IMG/VR virus record: IMGVR_UViG_3300030107_007800
Location: 1-64,000 of that record
Length of the DNA: 64,000 bases
Source of the DNA: a virus
Strand: one strand, 5' to 3'
The translations under genes and the position numbers were made by a program. This document shows, piece by piece, positions 55,701-64,000 of this stretch (position 1 is its first letter; the number at the start of each line of letters is the position of its first letter). A model generated the notes under the pieces. It made no database searches, had not been told where the DNA came from, and worked only from the letters and a program-made list of their open reading frames with translations.

Positions 55701-58110
55701 GCCAAAATCACAAGATTTTGTAATATCAAAAGTTTCTCAAACTATAATGATGCCAGCTTTAATTTCTGCAAGGATGGATATGGCTGAATATTTTACTGAA
55801 AAATACGGTACAAAGGGGGTCGAGTTAATGATGGGAATAAAAGAAAGCCCTGAAACTGCCACCAACTCCGCGCCGAATTATTTTTCCTCGCATCAATTTG
55901 ATGACGCGGCTGCATTGAGTTTTTCTACTAATTTATATGCGAATCAATATCTGTTTGCAAATTCTCCGGAGTTGTATTTGTTTACGGATGGAAGAATGCA
56001 AATAATTAACACGTTTGTTAATGACAAGTACGTCCCCTCGCTAAAAGTATCAAATACTGCTATTCCAATCGGAAACACAATACAGAATGCTATTGATTCA
56101 AGCCAAAAATTAAATGATATTATAGCTGAGTCTGAATTTTCTTTTTCAAAGCAACAGTCTGTGTTTTATGAATTAATAAGAAAATATTATACAGATAAGT
56201 ACCCATCCTCTTCGGGGAATCTTGACGGAACCGCTCTGGCATATTTTTTACATAGAAATTCATATGCAAATTTTGAAAACTCGACCTCATATGAAAACTT
56301 GTATCACAATATGTTTTCAGAAATGTTAGAATCTATTATGAACTTAGTGGCTACTCGCTGGACTGGAACAGACGGAACCAAGTCGTTGAAGGAATATTCG
56401 AAAGCAATTTCAAATAATATGACTATAAATAAAATTCTACAATACGACCAAGCCAAGCAAATGATAATGGACCAATATGATTTGGCTGACTATGATAACC
56501 CCAACGATACGGCTATTGGAAAAAAACAATATGCATTATTAGCGGGGGTTTTTCACATATACCATAGAGCTTATATAATGGAGTATCTTGCAAGGGCTAT
56601 GCCTTTTTATGAAGTATTTGGGTTTAGTTCTTTAGAGTCTGGAGGCAATTTTAAATTAGCTGCAAAATATATTAAAGAATTGATAAAGGTTGATTTGGGC
56701 ACCGCAGAGGATTCAAGCTACATTCAAAGCCTCGACTTTCTGACCGACTCTCTCGGTTTAGAACCTACAACCGCTTATATCCTCTCTCAGGAGACTTTAA
56801 GGTATGAAAGGTTTGCACAATTGTGCAAAGAAGTGGTTGAATTCCTAAGAGAAAAGGGTGAAATCACTCAAAGCGAATATGCATCAATTGATAAATCAAA
56901 TACTGACTGGAGTGTTGAATATTATATAGATAAAAATTTTATGAGTGTTTATGAGGTTTTTGCAAGTGATGTGTTCGGAGAAGATCAGTCAGCCGCATTT
57001 GCGGCAAACCTTGATGCCCTGTTCGGGTCCTTCGATTATTCACGCCCAGTACATGACATTGCGGGTGTATCGTGGAGTGCCGTAGAGGGCGGTTTGGAAT
57101 ATACACAATATACGGGCAAAAGCTACGTAACAAATGGGGACACGATTACAGGTGCTCTTTACAATCAATCCACCAATTCAGGAAACCCACTAGACGATGA
57201 ATCTTTCTCTTTGTTAGCTAACTCATCTATGTTTACTAGGGGTAAATTTTTTATACAAAATTACTTTTACTTAGAAGAGGGTGGCACCAATTCTAATTCT
57301 AATTTTAAAAACAGAAGTCCTCACGAAAAAAGGGTAGTTAGCGAAAAAACTTTTCACAAATTAATTGCATCATTGATCTATGGTCAAGACCAAAATCAAG
57401 CCTATGGAGACATCCCAGACATAGGCAACGATTTCAGCATATCCTCTGTTTTTTCGAGCGTCAAAGTGGGGTCTAGATTATGCTATGGGGTGGCGGTGGA
57501 CTATAAAGGATCAGAAAATTCTCCGGGGTTTTCAGCCACCAACCGAGTAGGAAAATGCGCCCAAAAAATTTTTGATGCTTACACAAGCACAACAAGTAAT
57601 CTCACAAGCACTGAGATGTCATCGGGCAAAACTATTGCCAAATATGACAATTCTTTAATTTGTCCCGATGGAGCTAGTCCCATTTATGACGCCACAAATG
57701 GTGCTTTGAATTTAAGGCTGACTGACCAAGCCCCCGACGTGGAAGACCCGTTTTCCTATTCAATAGTAATTCCATTCTGTTCCGTAGAAACAGAAATGCC
57801 CCCGTCTACATTGATGTCTTATTTGTTGACTGAAGAGGGGCAAACACTCTATGAAGACGGATTTGACTACAAATCAGAGTGGAACAAATTAAACTCAGAC
57901 ATATTTAAAACTGAGGAGTACAAAGCTTTAAGAGAGTTTTGTTTCCCAGTGGAGGATATGTTGATGTATGCTTCAATATTTGGTGTACAAGTGGTGTCTT
58001 ACAATAATCCAACTTTACAATCAGCATTGGCTAGCACAAAGATTAATTTAATATCCTCTATAAAGTCTATAGAAAACGCCAAAAAATGGGATTATCTAAA
58101 GGATAAATAA
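52768..58110 (+). CDS. large virion structural protein (1780 aa)
   Basis: Long ORF between the spike and gp25; central G/D/F/S-rich low-complexity linker. Confidence 0.7.
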   Translation: MASTHKHKLKFTNKYKDKIPLRLYPSVNSPIVGYTSAELKQENSGGALPLIVPNEVDLVREWVLGTGKEDDYSLIKMPALSDPLDENSIEAKGGIFYVPIATVVAKSAHQSKVLEKLPITLEKLSPMAQVLKPEWTKMESPYYDREYGDYWINARIPHTCVAEGLTDEMKSEATENAIKQIYRHFNIDLDSEDYGMSYFKNGLLATKIVDWYISTRPHSRLQVFVKIPAIYIEFLKTVQKSTSSYDDDYPMTEEVLNWSELEISIPINSFDASIDRAVECLKKYYKQYMTADFVVKKFNFEKEIKALKDTKSKVKFLLNENNINYPSTDSLSNSKKNRSVGGIIKFRFNPDFSINSVEYSSKSLSNSLHTLKTTYPFNSPRTSLLFLRHRELCNPSLSLVGFLKTYIISPVVNIEWNEKNSPSSRVKNKQVSQYGQFDLNISPLDLQASLKNISLNLNSRLNVNPDLDIGSFGFNNSAFNLGDGTNPKFDFKLEAVNFRDSLSIFSGDMFSSPDLLDSLSWRLRNGGLDDLYNYVLKFINFEKLFAAIGNYYASSTALSPSWQNRKLGDLSAPDFGGLGGSLGSADLAPSMGSFGIPPGGEWFASNPLLNAQGLDLQGEDWEAAFGDLTGVDFGGFGDLLYGGGVGMDSSWPNVGGVALSAPDSSFDFNFEIPSFTLRIPTFNLLDTLLASLMEIFERVLTQLILQFILYLLETLLEKNTSSAAQGCDSPSDLLDSPRLSEPNVSADIAVLKNYGGENLNNLMKDSIGVFDDEVYRERLAEIFTICGIPVQGFTSLMPNDAEYDENNDPSLINPLTAVSFMDSISEMISPFELLSLFRGNAAYSLLKEIHEMSESDEQYQTITYTLDTTSKIESFFVCLGENLSEDVIEQVRSDIIETYENPEMCIDVVQELKSQMEEKCPGPKTIARSVYKEVYDSAIKYKRIVNLLRESKGEDDKHVPSLFNDGPVKGILSSEDVKPKSQDFVISKVSQTIMMPALISARMDMAEYFTEKYGTKGVELMMGIKESPETATNSAPNYFSSHQFDDAAALSFSTNLYANQYLFANSPELYLFTDGRMQIINTFVNDKYVPSLKVSNTAIPIGNTIQNAIDSSQKLNDIIAESEFSFSKQQSVFYELIRKYYTDKYPSSSGNLDGTALAYFLHRNSYANFENSTSYENLYHNMFSEMLESIMNLVATRWTGTDGTKSLKEYSKAISNNMTINKILQYDQAKQMIMDQYDLADYDNPNDTAIGKKQYALLAGVFHIYHRAYIMEYLARAMPFYEVFGFSSLESGGNFKLAAKYIKELIKVDLGTAEDSSYIQSLDFLTDSLGLEPTTAYILSQETLRYERFAQLCKEVVEFLREKGEITQSEYASIDKSNTDWSVEYYIDKNFMSVYEVFASDVFGEDQSAAFAANLDALFGSFDYSRPVHDIAGVSWSAVEGGLEYTQYTGKSYVTNGDTITGALYNQSTNSGNPLDDESFSLLANSSMFTRGKFFIQNYFYLEEGGTNSNSNFKNRSPHEKRVVSEKTFHKLIASLIYGQDQNQAYGDIPDIGNDFSISSVFSSVKVGSRLCYGVAVDYKGSENSPGFSATNRVGKCAQKIFDAYTSTTSNLTSTEMSSGKTIAKYDNSLICPDGASPIYDATNGALNLRLTDQAPDVEDPFSYSIVIPFCSVETEMPPSTLMSYLLTEEGQTLYEDGFDYKSEWNKLNSDIFKTEEYKALREFCFPVEDMLMYASIFGVQVVSYNNPTLQSALASTKINLISSIKSIENAKKWDYLKDK

Positions 58111-58122
58111 GGAGTAAAATAA

Positions 58123-58524
58123 ATGTCAAGAGTATCTACGCTCGCACCTAGATTGCCGTTATCATTTTCGCCAAACGGCGGCTATAATATGCTTGTTACT
58201 ATCAAGCAGGCAACAAAGCAAAATTTTAAATGCCTTTTATTAACCGCCCCCGGTGAAAGAATGATGGATCCGCAATTCGGTGTTGGTTTGAAAAAGTATT
58301 TATTTGAAAACTACACCCCGCAGCTAAGAACCAAAATATCTTTTGATATACAACAGCAAGTATCAACTTATATGCCGTTTTTGACACTTAGGAATATAAG
58401 AATAGAATCAGGAGAAGATTTCAGTCCCCCTGATTTCAACAGGGTTTATATTTCTGTTGAATATGCAATAAATTCAGTTTCCGTTGTTGATATTCTTAAT
58501 ATAAATGTAACGAATAATCAATAA
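58123..58524 (+). CDS. baseplate wedge protein (T4 gp25-like)
   Basis: QN.K.LLLT.PGER.M.P.FG..L..YLFE. Confidence 0.9.
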   Translation: MSRVSTLAPRLPLSFSPNGGYNMLVTIKQATKQNFKCLLLTAPGERMMDPQFGVGLKKYLFENYTPQLRTKISFDIQQQVSTYMPFLTLRNIRIESGEDFSPPDFNRVYISVEYAINSVSVVDILNINVTNNQ

Positions 58525-58554
58525 TAAACTATTTAATTTTGAGGAGATAAGCAA

Positions 58555-60363
58555 TTGCCGTTCGAAAAAAAAGACATAGTACCAGTTAATTACACCAGTA
58601 GGGATTTTGAATCGATTAAAAAAGATTTAATAACCCATGTTAAAAGATATTACCCCAATGTCTATCAGGATTTCAATGAGGCATCATTTGGCTCAATTAT
58701 GTTAGATACTGTCTCTTATGTTGGTGATGTATTATCTTTTTATATGGATTACAATGTAAATGAGTCTTTTTTAGAGTCCGCTATAGAGACGAATAATGTA
58801 ATAAAGCTGGCTAGACAAATGGGGTACAGATATAAAGGGTATCCGGTCGCTAGCGGCATCTTAACCCTTTATATCGTTGTTCCTGCCTCATCTAATGGAA
58901 TACAGCCAGACTTAGATTATGCTCCGATATTGAAGGCTGGAACTATATTTGGAACAAAAGTTGGAAACATTACCTATACTTTAAACGAAGATGTTGACTT
59001 TTCTTTACCTAGTAATGAAGTGGTGGTTGCAACAGTAGATTCTGCAACGGGTGTTCCGACCGGATATGCTATTAAAGCAAAAGGTCAGATAATTTCTGGA
59101 GAGGTAAAAAGAAAACAAATGAAAATCGGACCCTACCAGAGATTCAGAAAAGTATTAATACCAGATACGAATATATCTGAAATAATTTCGGTCAGAGACT
59201 TGAATGGTAACGAATATTTTGAAGTGGATTATTTAACACAAGATACAATATATGTACCAGTTGTCAACAAGGACAGCGACAGCGACAGTGTACCATCAAT
59301 ATTGAAGCCTAAGAAAATTCCTAGAAGATTTGTTTTTGAGCAATTGTCAAATCAGTTTTATCTACAATTTGGATATGGATCGGAGAAGAACTTAACAAAT
59401 GAGATCATAAGTGACCCTAGCAAAGTAATTATGCAAGTAAATGGGAAGGATTATATTGTAGATGAAAGCTTTGACCCAACAAATTTGGTGGAAACAGACA
59501 AGATGGGTATAGCACCAGCGAACACAAGTTTGACTGTAGAATATAGGACCAACAGTACGAACAGAACTAACGCCGGAAGCAGGCAGATAAATAATGTAAC
59601 GGATCCAAAATTTAGCTTTGCAAATGTTGGCAGCTTATCGCAAAATAAAGTTCGATCTGTCATAACCTCATTAGAGTTTGAGAATGAGAAACCAATTATC
59701 GGCAGTGTTTCTACGCCAACATTGGAAGAAATAAAATACAGAGCCTACGGAGCGTTCTCATCTCAAAATCGCGCAGTAACTGCAACCGATTACAAATCTT
59801 TAATATACAATATGCCTCCTAAATTTGGCGCAGTAAAGAGATGCAATATTGTTCAAGATGATGATTCTTTTAAAAGAAATTTAAATTTATATGTAATTTC
59901 TGAAAACAGTAGCGGGCATTTTGCAAGATCTACAGAAAATTTAAAAAGAAACTTAAAAAATCACTTATCAAGTTATAAAATGATAAATGATACAATAGAC
60001 ATATTAGATGCAAAAATTGTAAATATTAGCATAAAAATAGACATAATAGCAGAAGAAGAGAAGAATAAATTTGAAGTTTTGCAAACAGCAATTGATAAAA
60101 TAAAATTTGAAATTCTTAATCATAAATACGATATTGGAGAACCTGTGAGGGTTAGTGACATATTCAAAACATTGAAGAATTGTGACGGGGTATTAGATGT
60201 CGTGTCAGTTGATATCAACAGAAAGAGGGGTTCGCTATATTCTACTTTCTCTTATGATGTTAAAGGAAATACTTCTCCTGATGGCAGACTGATACTTGGT
60301 AGGGAAGATGTAGTATTTGAGGTAAAATACCCAAATTCGGATATTGTGGGGACAGTTAGATAA
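58555..60363 (+). CDS. baseplate wedge protein (T4 gp6-like)
   Basis: YT.RDF..IK..L, DF.E.S.G, ESFL..A, LA...GY, QNRAVT..DY. Confidence 0.88.
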   Translation: MPFEKKDIVPVNYTSRDFESIKKDLITHVKRYYPNVYQDFNEASFGSIMLDTVSYVGDVLSFYMDYNVNESFLESAIETNNVIKLARQMGYRYKGYPVASGILTLYIVVPASSNGIQPDLDYAPILKAGTIFGTKVGNITYTLNEDVDFSLPSNEVVVATVDSATGVPTGYAIKAKGQIISGEVKRKQMKIGPYQRFRKVLIPDTNISEIISVRDLNGNEYFEVDYLTQDTIYVPVVNKDSDSDSVPSILKPKKIPRRFVFEQLSNQFYLQFGYGSEKNLTNEIISDPSKVIMQVNGKDYIVDESFDPTNLVETDKMGIAPANTSLTVEYRTNSTNRTNAGSRQINNVTDPKFSFANVGSLSQNKVRSVITSLEFENEKPIIGSVSTPTLEEIKYRAYGAFSSQNRAVTATDYKSLIYNMPPKFGAVKRCNIVQDDDSFKRNLNLYVISENSSGHFARSTENLKRNLKNHLSSYKMINDTIDILDAKIVNISIKIDIIAEEEKNKFEVLQTAIDKIKFEILNHKYDIGEPVRVSDIFKTLKNCDGVLDVVSVDINRKRGSLYSTFSYDVKGNTSPDGRLILGREDVVFEVKYPNSDIVGTVR

Positions 60364-61913
60364 TGGGACTATACAGATATACGGCTAGCGCGGACAACAC
60401 AATTGCAGATGCATTTCGTTCTAATTTAATAGGCAGATCGACCGGCTCTAATATGGGTGCAGCAGACGTCCTTGAGGCATTTTATATTGTTGGGCAAACA
60501 TCCGCTTCATCTGGCTTATCAACCGAAAAATCAAGAATTTTAATCAATTTTCCTTTTGATTCAATTGAAAGCGACCGAAGCGCTAGTGTTATACCTGAAA
60601 ACGGAAAAGTGTCGTGGTTTTTGAGACTATATAATGCACGACACGCATCTACAGTCCCAAAGAAGTTTTATTTGACCATTGAGCCAATATCGGGTTCTTG
60701 GCAAGAGGGAACCGGTTTGGATATGGAAGAATATTCAGACCAAACATACAATTTGTTAACTGGATCAAATTGGCTATCATCATCCAATACCACAAAGTGG
60801 AATTCTCCCGGAGGAGATTACGCAGCTGATGACCCGAGATATTTAGCAAGCCAACTCTTTGAAGACGGGACAGAAGATCTGAATGTTGATGTCACATATG
60901 CGGTAGAGAAGTTTTTACATGGCTCTGGTTCTGGTTTAGCTAGAAATGGTTTTGGCATAAGGCTATCGGGGGGCTATGAAGCAGGCTCTCAGACATATTA
61001 TACAAAAAAATTCTTTGCAAGATCAACTGAATACTTCTTCAAGAGACCAGTACTTGAAGCAAGATGGGATTCCACTGAAAAAGACAATGCAGGCAATTTT
61101 TATATGAGCAGTGCATTAGCGCCAGCAGAGGACAATCTTAATAAATTATATTTATACAATTATATTAGAGGTCAACTAAAAGATATACCAACTTTGGGTC
61201 ACGGTGATTTAATACATGTCAGCCTGCATTCTGGATCTGATCAAAATGTAACGCCTTCTGGGGATCCTTTAGCATTGGCAATTGGTGGAGGAGTTACCGT
61301 TGACGGGTTTCAGACAAGCTCGTTAGGTGGCAAAATATCTACAGGAATATATACGGCTAGCGTTGTATTTCCAGCAGTTAGTTCTTCAATAACAACGGTA
61401 TTTCCAGTTTGGAATTCTGGCAGTGCAGTTGAATATGGTAGAACAGAATATCATACTGGTTCAGCGATAGATATTCTTTCATTTAATGCATCAAATTTCA
61501 ATCCCAATCCGAAATATACATCTCGAATTACAAATTTAAAATCTTCATATTCTAGAAGTGAGAAGGCAAGATTTAGATTATTTGTGAGATCAAGAGATTG
61601 GAATCCAACAGTTTACACTGTGGCTAGCACAGAAATAGAAAACACCATAATTGAGGATGCTTACTATAGAATAGACAGAATCGTTGACGGCACAGAGGTC
61701 GTATCATACGGAACTGGATCTTTAATCCAACCAGAAGCAATCGAAACAGCATCATCGTTTACTAGATTATCATATGATTCGTCCGGCAATTATTTTGATT
61801 TGCATATGAAGATGCTAGAGAGCGGATATGCATATACAATAAAGTTTGTTTTCTATTCGAACGGGTCGTATGTTGAACAGCCAGAGGTTTTTAAATTTAG
61901 GGTAGAAGATTAA
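60363..61913 (+). CDS. baseplate/tail structural protein rich in [ST][GAS]S
   Basis: Coupled to the gp6-like gene (TAATG); beta-rich; W.EG.G motif. Confidence 0.7.
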   Translation: MGLYRYTASADNTIADAFRSNLIGRSTGSNMGAADVLEAFYIVGQTSASSGLSTEKSRILINFPFDSIESDRSASVIPENGKVSWFLRLYNARHASTVPKKFYLTIEPISGSWQEGTGLDMEEYSDQTYNLLTGSNWLSSSNTTKWNSPGGDYAADDPRYLASQLFEDGTEDLNVDVTYAVEKFLHGSGSGLARNGFGIRLSGGYEAGSQTYYTKKFFARSTEYFFKRPVLEARWDSTEKDNAGNFYMSSALAPAEDNLNKLYLYNYIRGQLKDIPTLGHGDLIHVSLHSGSDQNVTPSGDPLALAIGGGVTVDGFQTSSLGGKISTGIYTASVVFPAVSSSITTVFPVWNSGSAVEYGRTEYHTGSAIDILSFNASNFNPNPKYTSRITNLKSSYSRSEKARFRLFVRSRDWNPTVYTVASTEIENTIIEDAYYRIDRIVDGTEVVSYGTGSLIQPEAIETASSFTRLSYDSSGNYFDLHMKMLESGYAYTIKFVFYSNGSYVEQPEVFKFRVED

Positions 61914-64000
61914 TGAGCAAATATGGTGATAAAAATAGCAAATTAAGTTCCCTTTTTGGAAAACAAAATCCCCAAGGAACTTCAATGTCCAAATTTGTGG
62001 CTTCGGCGAGCTTGGATTCCCTTGGTGATAGAATAGAGTCCGCGCAATATATTCAATACGAAGTAGAAAATAAAAATAGAGTAGTTCCAACCGTTAATTT
62101 TTCAAGACCTGCTGAGTTTGCAAAATATGGGTCTGCCGAACAATATTATAAAACATCCGTTGAGAGAATATACAAGACTTATCCATATGACGGATCTAAA
62201 AAAGAAAAACTTCAATGGTCTTTGTCATCTTCTTATTTAGACAATTATATTCTTGAGAATGAATATCCACGAACAAACGGGTTTATAAATCTCGCTGGTA
62301 TCAATGTCTCCTCCAAAAATGCATTTGGCAACAATGCGGGATCTGGGACCGAAACGTATATATTATCCAGCCACCCCAACTACATTAGCGTGAAGGGGGG
62401 TCCAAATCAAGCCTCCCTTCCGATATATGATCAGGAACTCGACAAGGGTGTAGATTTTAAAAAGCCCGAACATAAGGCTAATTTTTTTGACTCCTCAAAT
62501 ACAAGAGAAAAAAACATCACGATAGATGGCGCATCCGGAAATACAATAGAGTTTTGGATAAAAGATGCCCACAACCCGATTGTGGGGGGTTACAATAATG
62601 TTGTTTTCGACGCTTGGAATGGAGATAATTCAACCTTACACCCCACCGGCACCAACGGTGTTCAGCCCGGAAGCGCAAGTTACGGACGTATGCTTCTTGA
62701 AAGACGAGTCATATACGGGCATCCGGGATCATTTATTGATAATCACCTATTTCACCTTACATATCATTCTGGGACGACAGGCGCTGAGAGAGTCCCTCTC
62801 TTGCCAGTGGCTACAGTTGGCTACCCAGCTGCTGGGTCTTGGAATCATGTTGCTGTTACTGTTAAAAATAGTGGTAATTCATCTGCTGACAAAGGCTTAA
62901 TTGTAAAGACATTTCTTAATGGCGATCTTATAGATAACTTAATTACCGGTAGTTCTGTTGCCGAAGTCAATACAACAGGCAGCATTAATGCAAATATTGG
63001 CGCATACCGGACTTTTCCGACAGAATATGTTAAAGCGACGTCGTTGTCATTAGGTACACCACAAACTACTTTTGAAGGCTTCGGTACTATTAGCGCGTCT
63101 TTTGACGAATTTAGATTTTGGAAAACAGCAAGAACTGAAAACGAAATAGGCAGAAATTGGTTTACGCAAGTTGGGGCGGGAACAAACACAGATACTGCTA
63201 ATACAGATCTTGGATTTTACTTTAAATTTAATGAGGGAATCACCGGAGATCCGAACGCAGATCAGACTATATTGGATTATTCAGGCAGGGTATCAAACGG
63301 CACGTATCTTAATTATGCCACTTCCTCTGCTGTTTTCAGCCATTTCCCACGCAGAAACACGGGATCAGCTATAGTTTTGGCAGAAGCCGCCGAAAGAGAA
63401 TTTAAAGATCCGATTTTATATCCCCACAGCCCAGAAGTCTCTTCTTACAAGACAAGCGCTATGAAAAAAGGACAAGAATGGGACTATAGAAACCCTTCTA
63501 TGCTGTATAGGACGCTTCCATCTTGGATTCAAGAAGAAGATTCTGTAAAAAATCGAAATACAACTTTGGGTCTTGTGCAGGTGATGGCAAGTTACTTCGA
63601 CACCTTACATCTTCAGATTGATGAAATGAAAAGGGTCAAAACGAACAGATACATCAGTAGTAGTGTAGATACTCACACCAAGCCGTTTCCCTATGCTTCT
63701 AAGCTATTAAAAAACGTAGGCTTTGTAGCACCAGAAATATTTGCTGACACTGATGTGGTATCAGCCTTATCACACAGGGATGATAATAGAGAATATGAAA
63801 AGAAACTTTATGACGTTAAAAACTATATTTATCAAAATGTTTATAACAATCTAAGTTTTATTAACAAATCAAAGGGTACGCAAAAGGCAATAAGAAACTT
63901 AATTAGGTGCTTTGGTGTCGATGATGAAGTGTATAAAATCAATTTTTATGCTGATAACGCAGAATACACCCTAACTAATAATTTCGTCGATAAAACAGTA
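61913..64000 (+). CDS. large baseplate protein with LamG/concanavalin-like domain (truncated by window end; absent from the ORF track)
   Basis: Frame from ATG 61913 (MSKYGDK...), spot-checked to the window end: FAKYGSA, WNHVAVT, FDEFRFWKTART, KSKGT..AIRNLIRCFG. Confidence 0.8.
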   Translation, partial: MSKYGDKNSKLSSLFGKQNPQGTSMSKFVASASLDSLGDRIESAQYIQYEVENKNRVVPTVNFSRPAEFAKYGSAEQYYKTSVERIYKTYPYDGSKKEKLQWSLSSSYLDNYILENEYPRTNGFINLAGINVSSKNAFGNNAGSGTETYILSSHPNYISVKGGPNQASLPIYDQELDKGVDFKKPEHKANFFDSSNTREKNITIDGASGNTIEFWIKDAHNPIVGGYNNVVFDAWNGDNSTLHPTGTNGVQPGSASYGRMLLERRVIYGHPGSFIDNHLFHLTYHSGTTGAERVPLLPVATVGYPAAGSWNHVAVTVKNSGNSSADKGLIVKTFLNGDLIDNLITGSSVAEVNTTGSINANIGAYRTFPTEYVKATSLSLGTPQTTFEGFGTISASFDEFRFWKTARTENEIGRNWFTQVGAGTNTDTANTDLGFYFKFNEGITGDPNADQTILDYSGRVSNGTYLNYATSSAVFSHFPRRNTGSAIVLAEAAEREFKDPILYPHSPEVSSYKTSAMKKGQEWDYRNPSMLYRTLPSWIQEEDSVKNRNTTLGLVQVMASYFDTLHLQIDEMKRVKTNRYISSSVDTHTKPFPYASKLLKNVGFVAPEIFADTDVVSALSHRDDNREYEKKLYDVKNYIYQNVYNNLSFINKSKGTQKAIRNLIRCFGVDDEVYKINFYADNAEYTLTNNFVDKTV

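Noticed and set aside
61913-62000. Possible frameshift at the start of the last gene
   Set aside because: Recount shows ATG 61913 and ATG 61985 are in frame; the gene is missing from the track only because it runs off the window

Overview
AT-rich, gene-dense segment of a large (jumbo/huge-type) contractile-tailed bacteriophage genome, read with the standard genetic code. Layout: (1) 0.2-13 kb, acidic multi-module proteins with shared N-terminal/linker motifs that look like capsid-targeted, protease-cleaved internal proteins (HExxH zincin, ligase-like + HxGH nucleotidyltransferase + ART-like, SAM-lyase-like + ART-like), plus a Cys-repeat/VWA lipoprotein and purA. (2) 11-21 kb, host-takeover genes: tmRNA, five tRNAs (Asn, Arg-UCU, Leu-UAA, Ile-UAU, Ile2-CAU), ClpP, a tubulin/FtsZ GTPase, a CxxCH cytochrome c, an SLT, a trypsin lipoprotein and PIN-PhoH. 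(3) 22-47.4 kb, a 28-gene cluster of apparently soluble glycan biosynthesis enzymes with no recognisable export machinery, including an unusual ThDP carboligase + PanB + 3-dehydrase module. (4) 48-64 kb, a gp55-like late sigma factor and baseplate genes, two of which are enriched in [ST][GAS]S tripeptides. My best candidate for an undescribed system is phage-encoded cytoplasmic virion glycosylation with an unusual branched sugar and a possible S/T-G/A/S-S acceptor motif. The second is a set of virion-delivered anti-defence polyproteins. All product calls come from motif recognition by eye; no database search was run.
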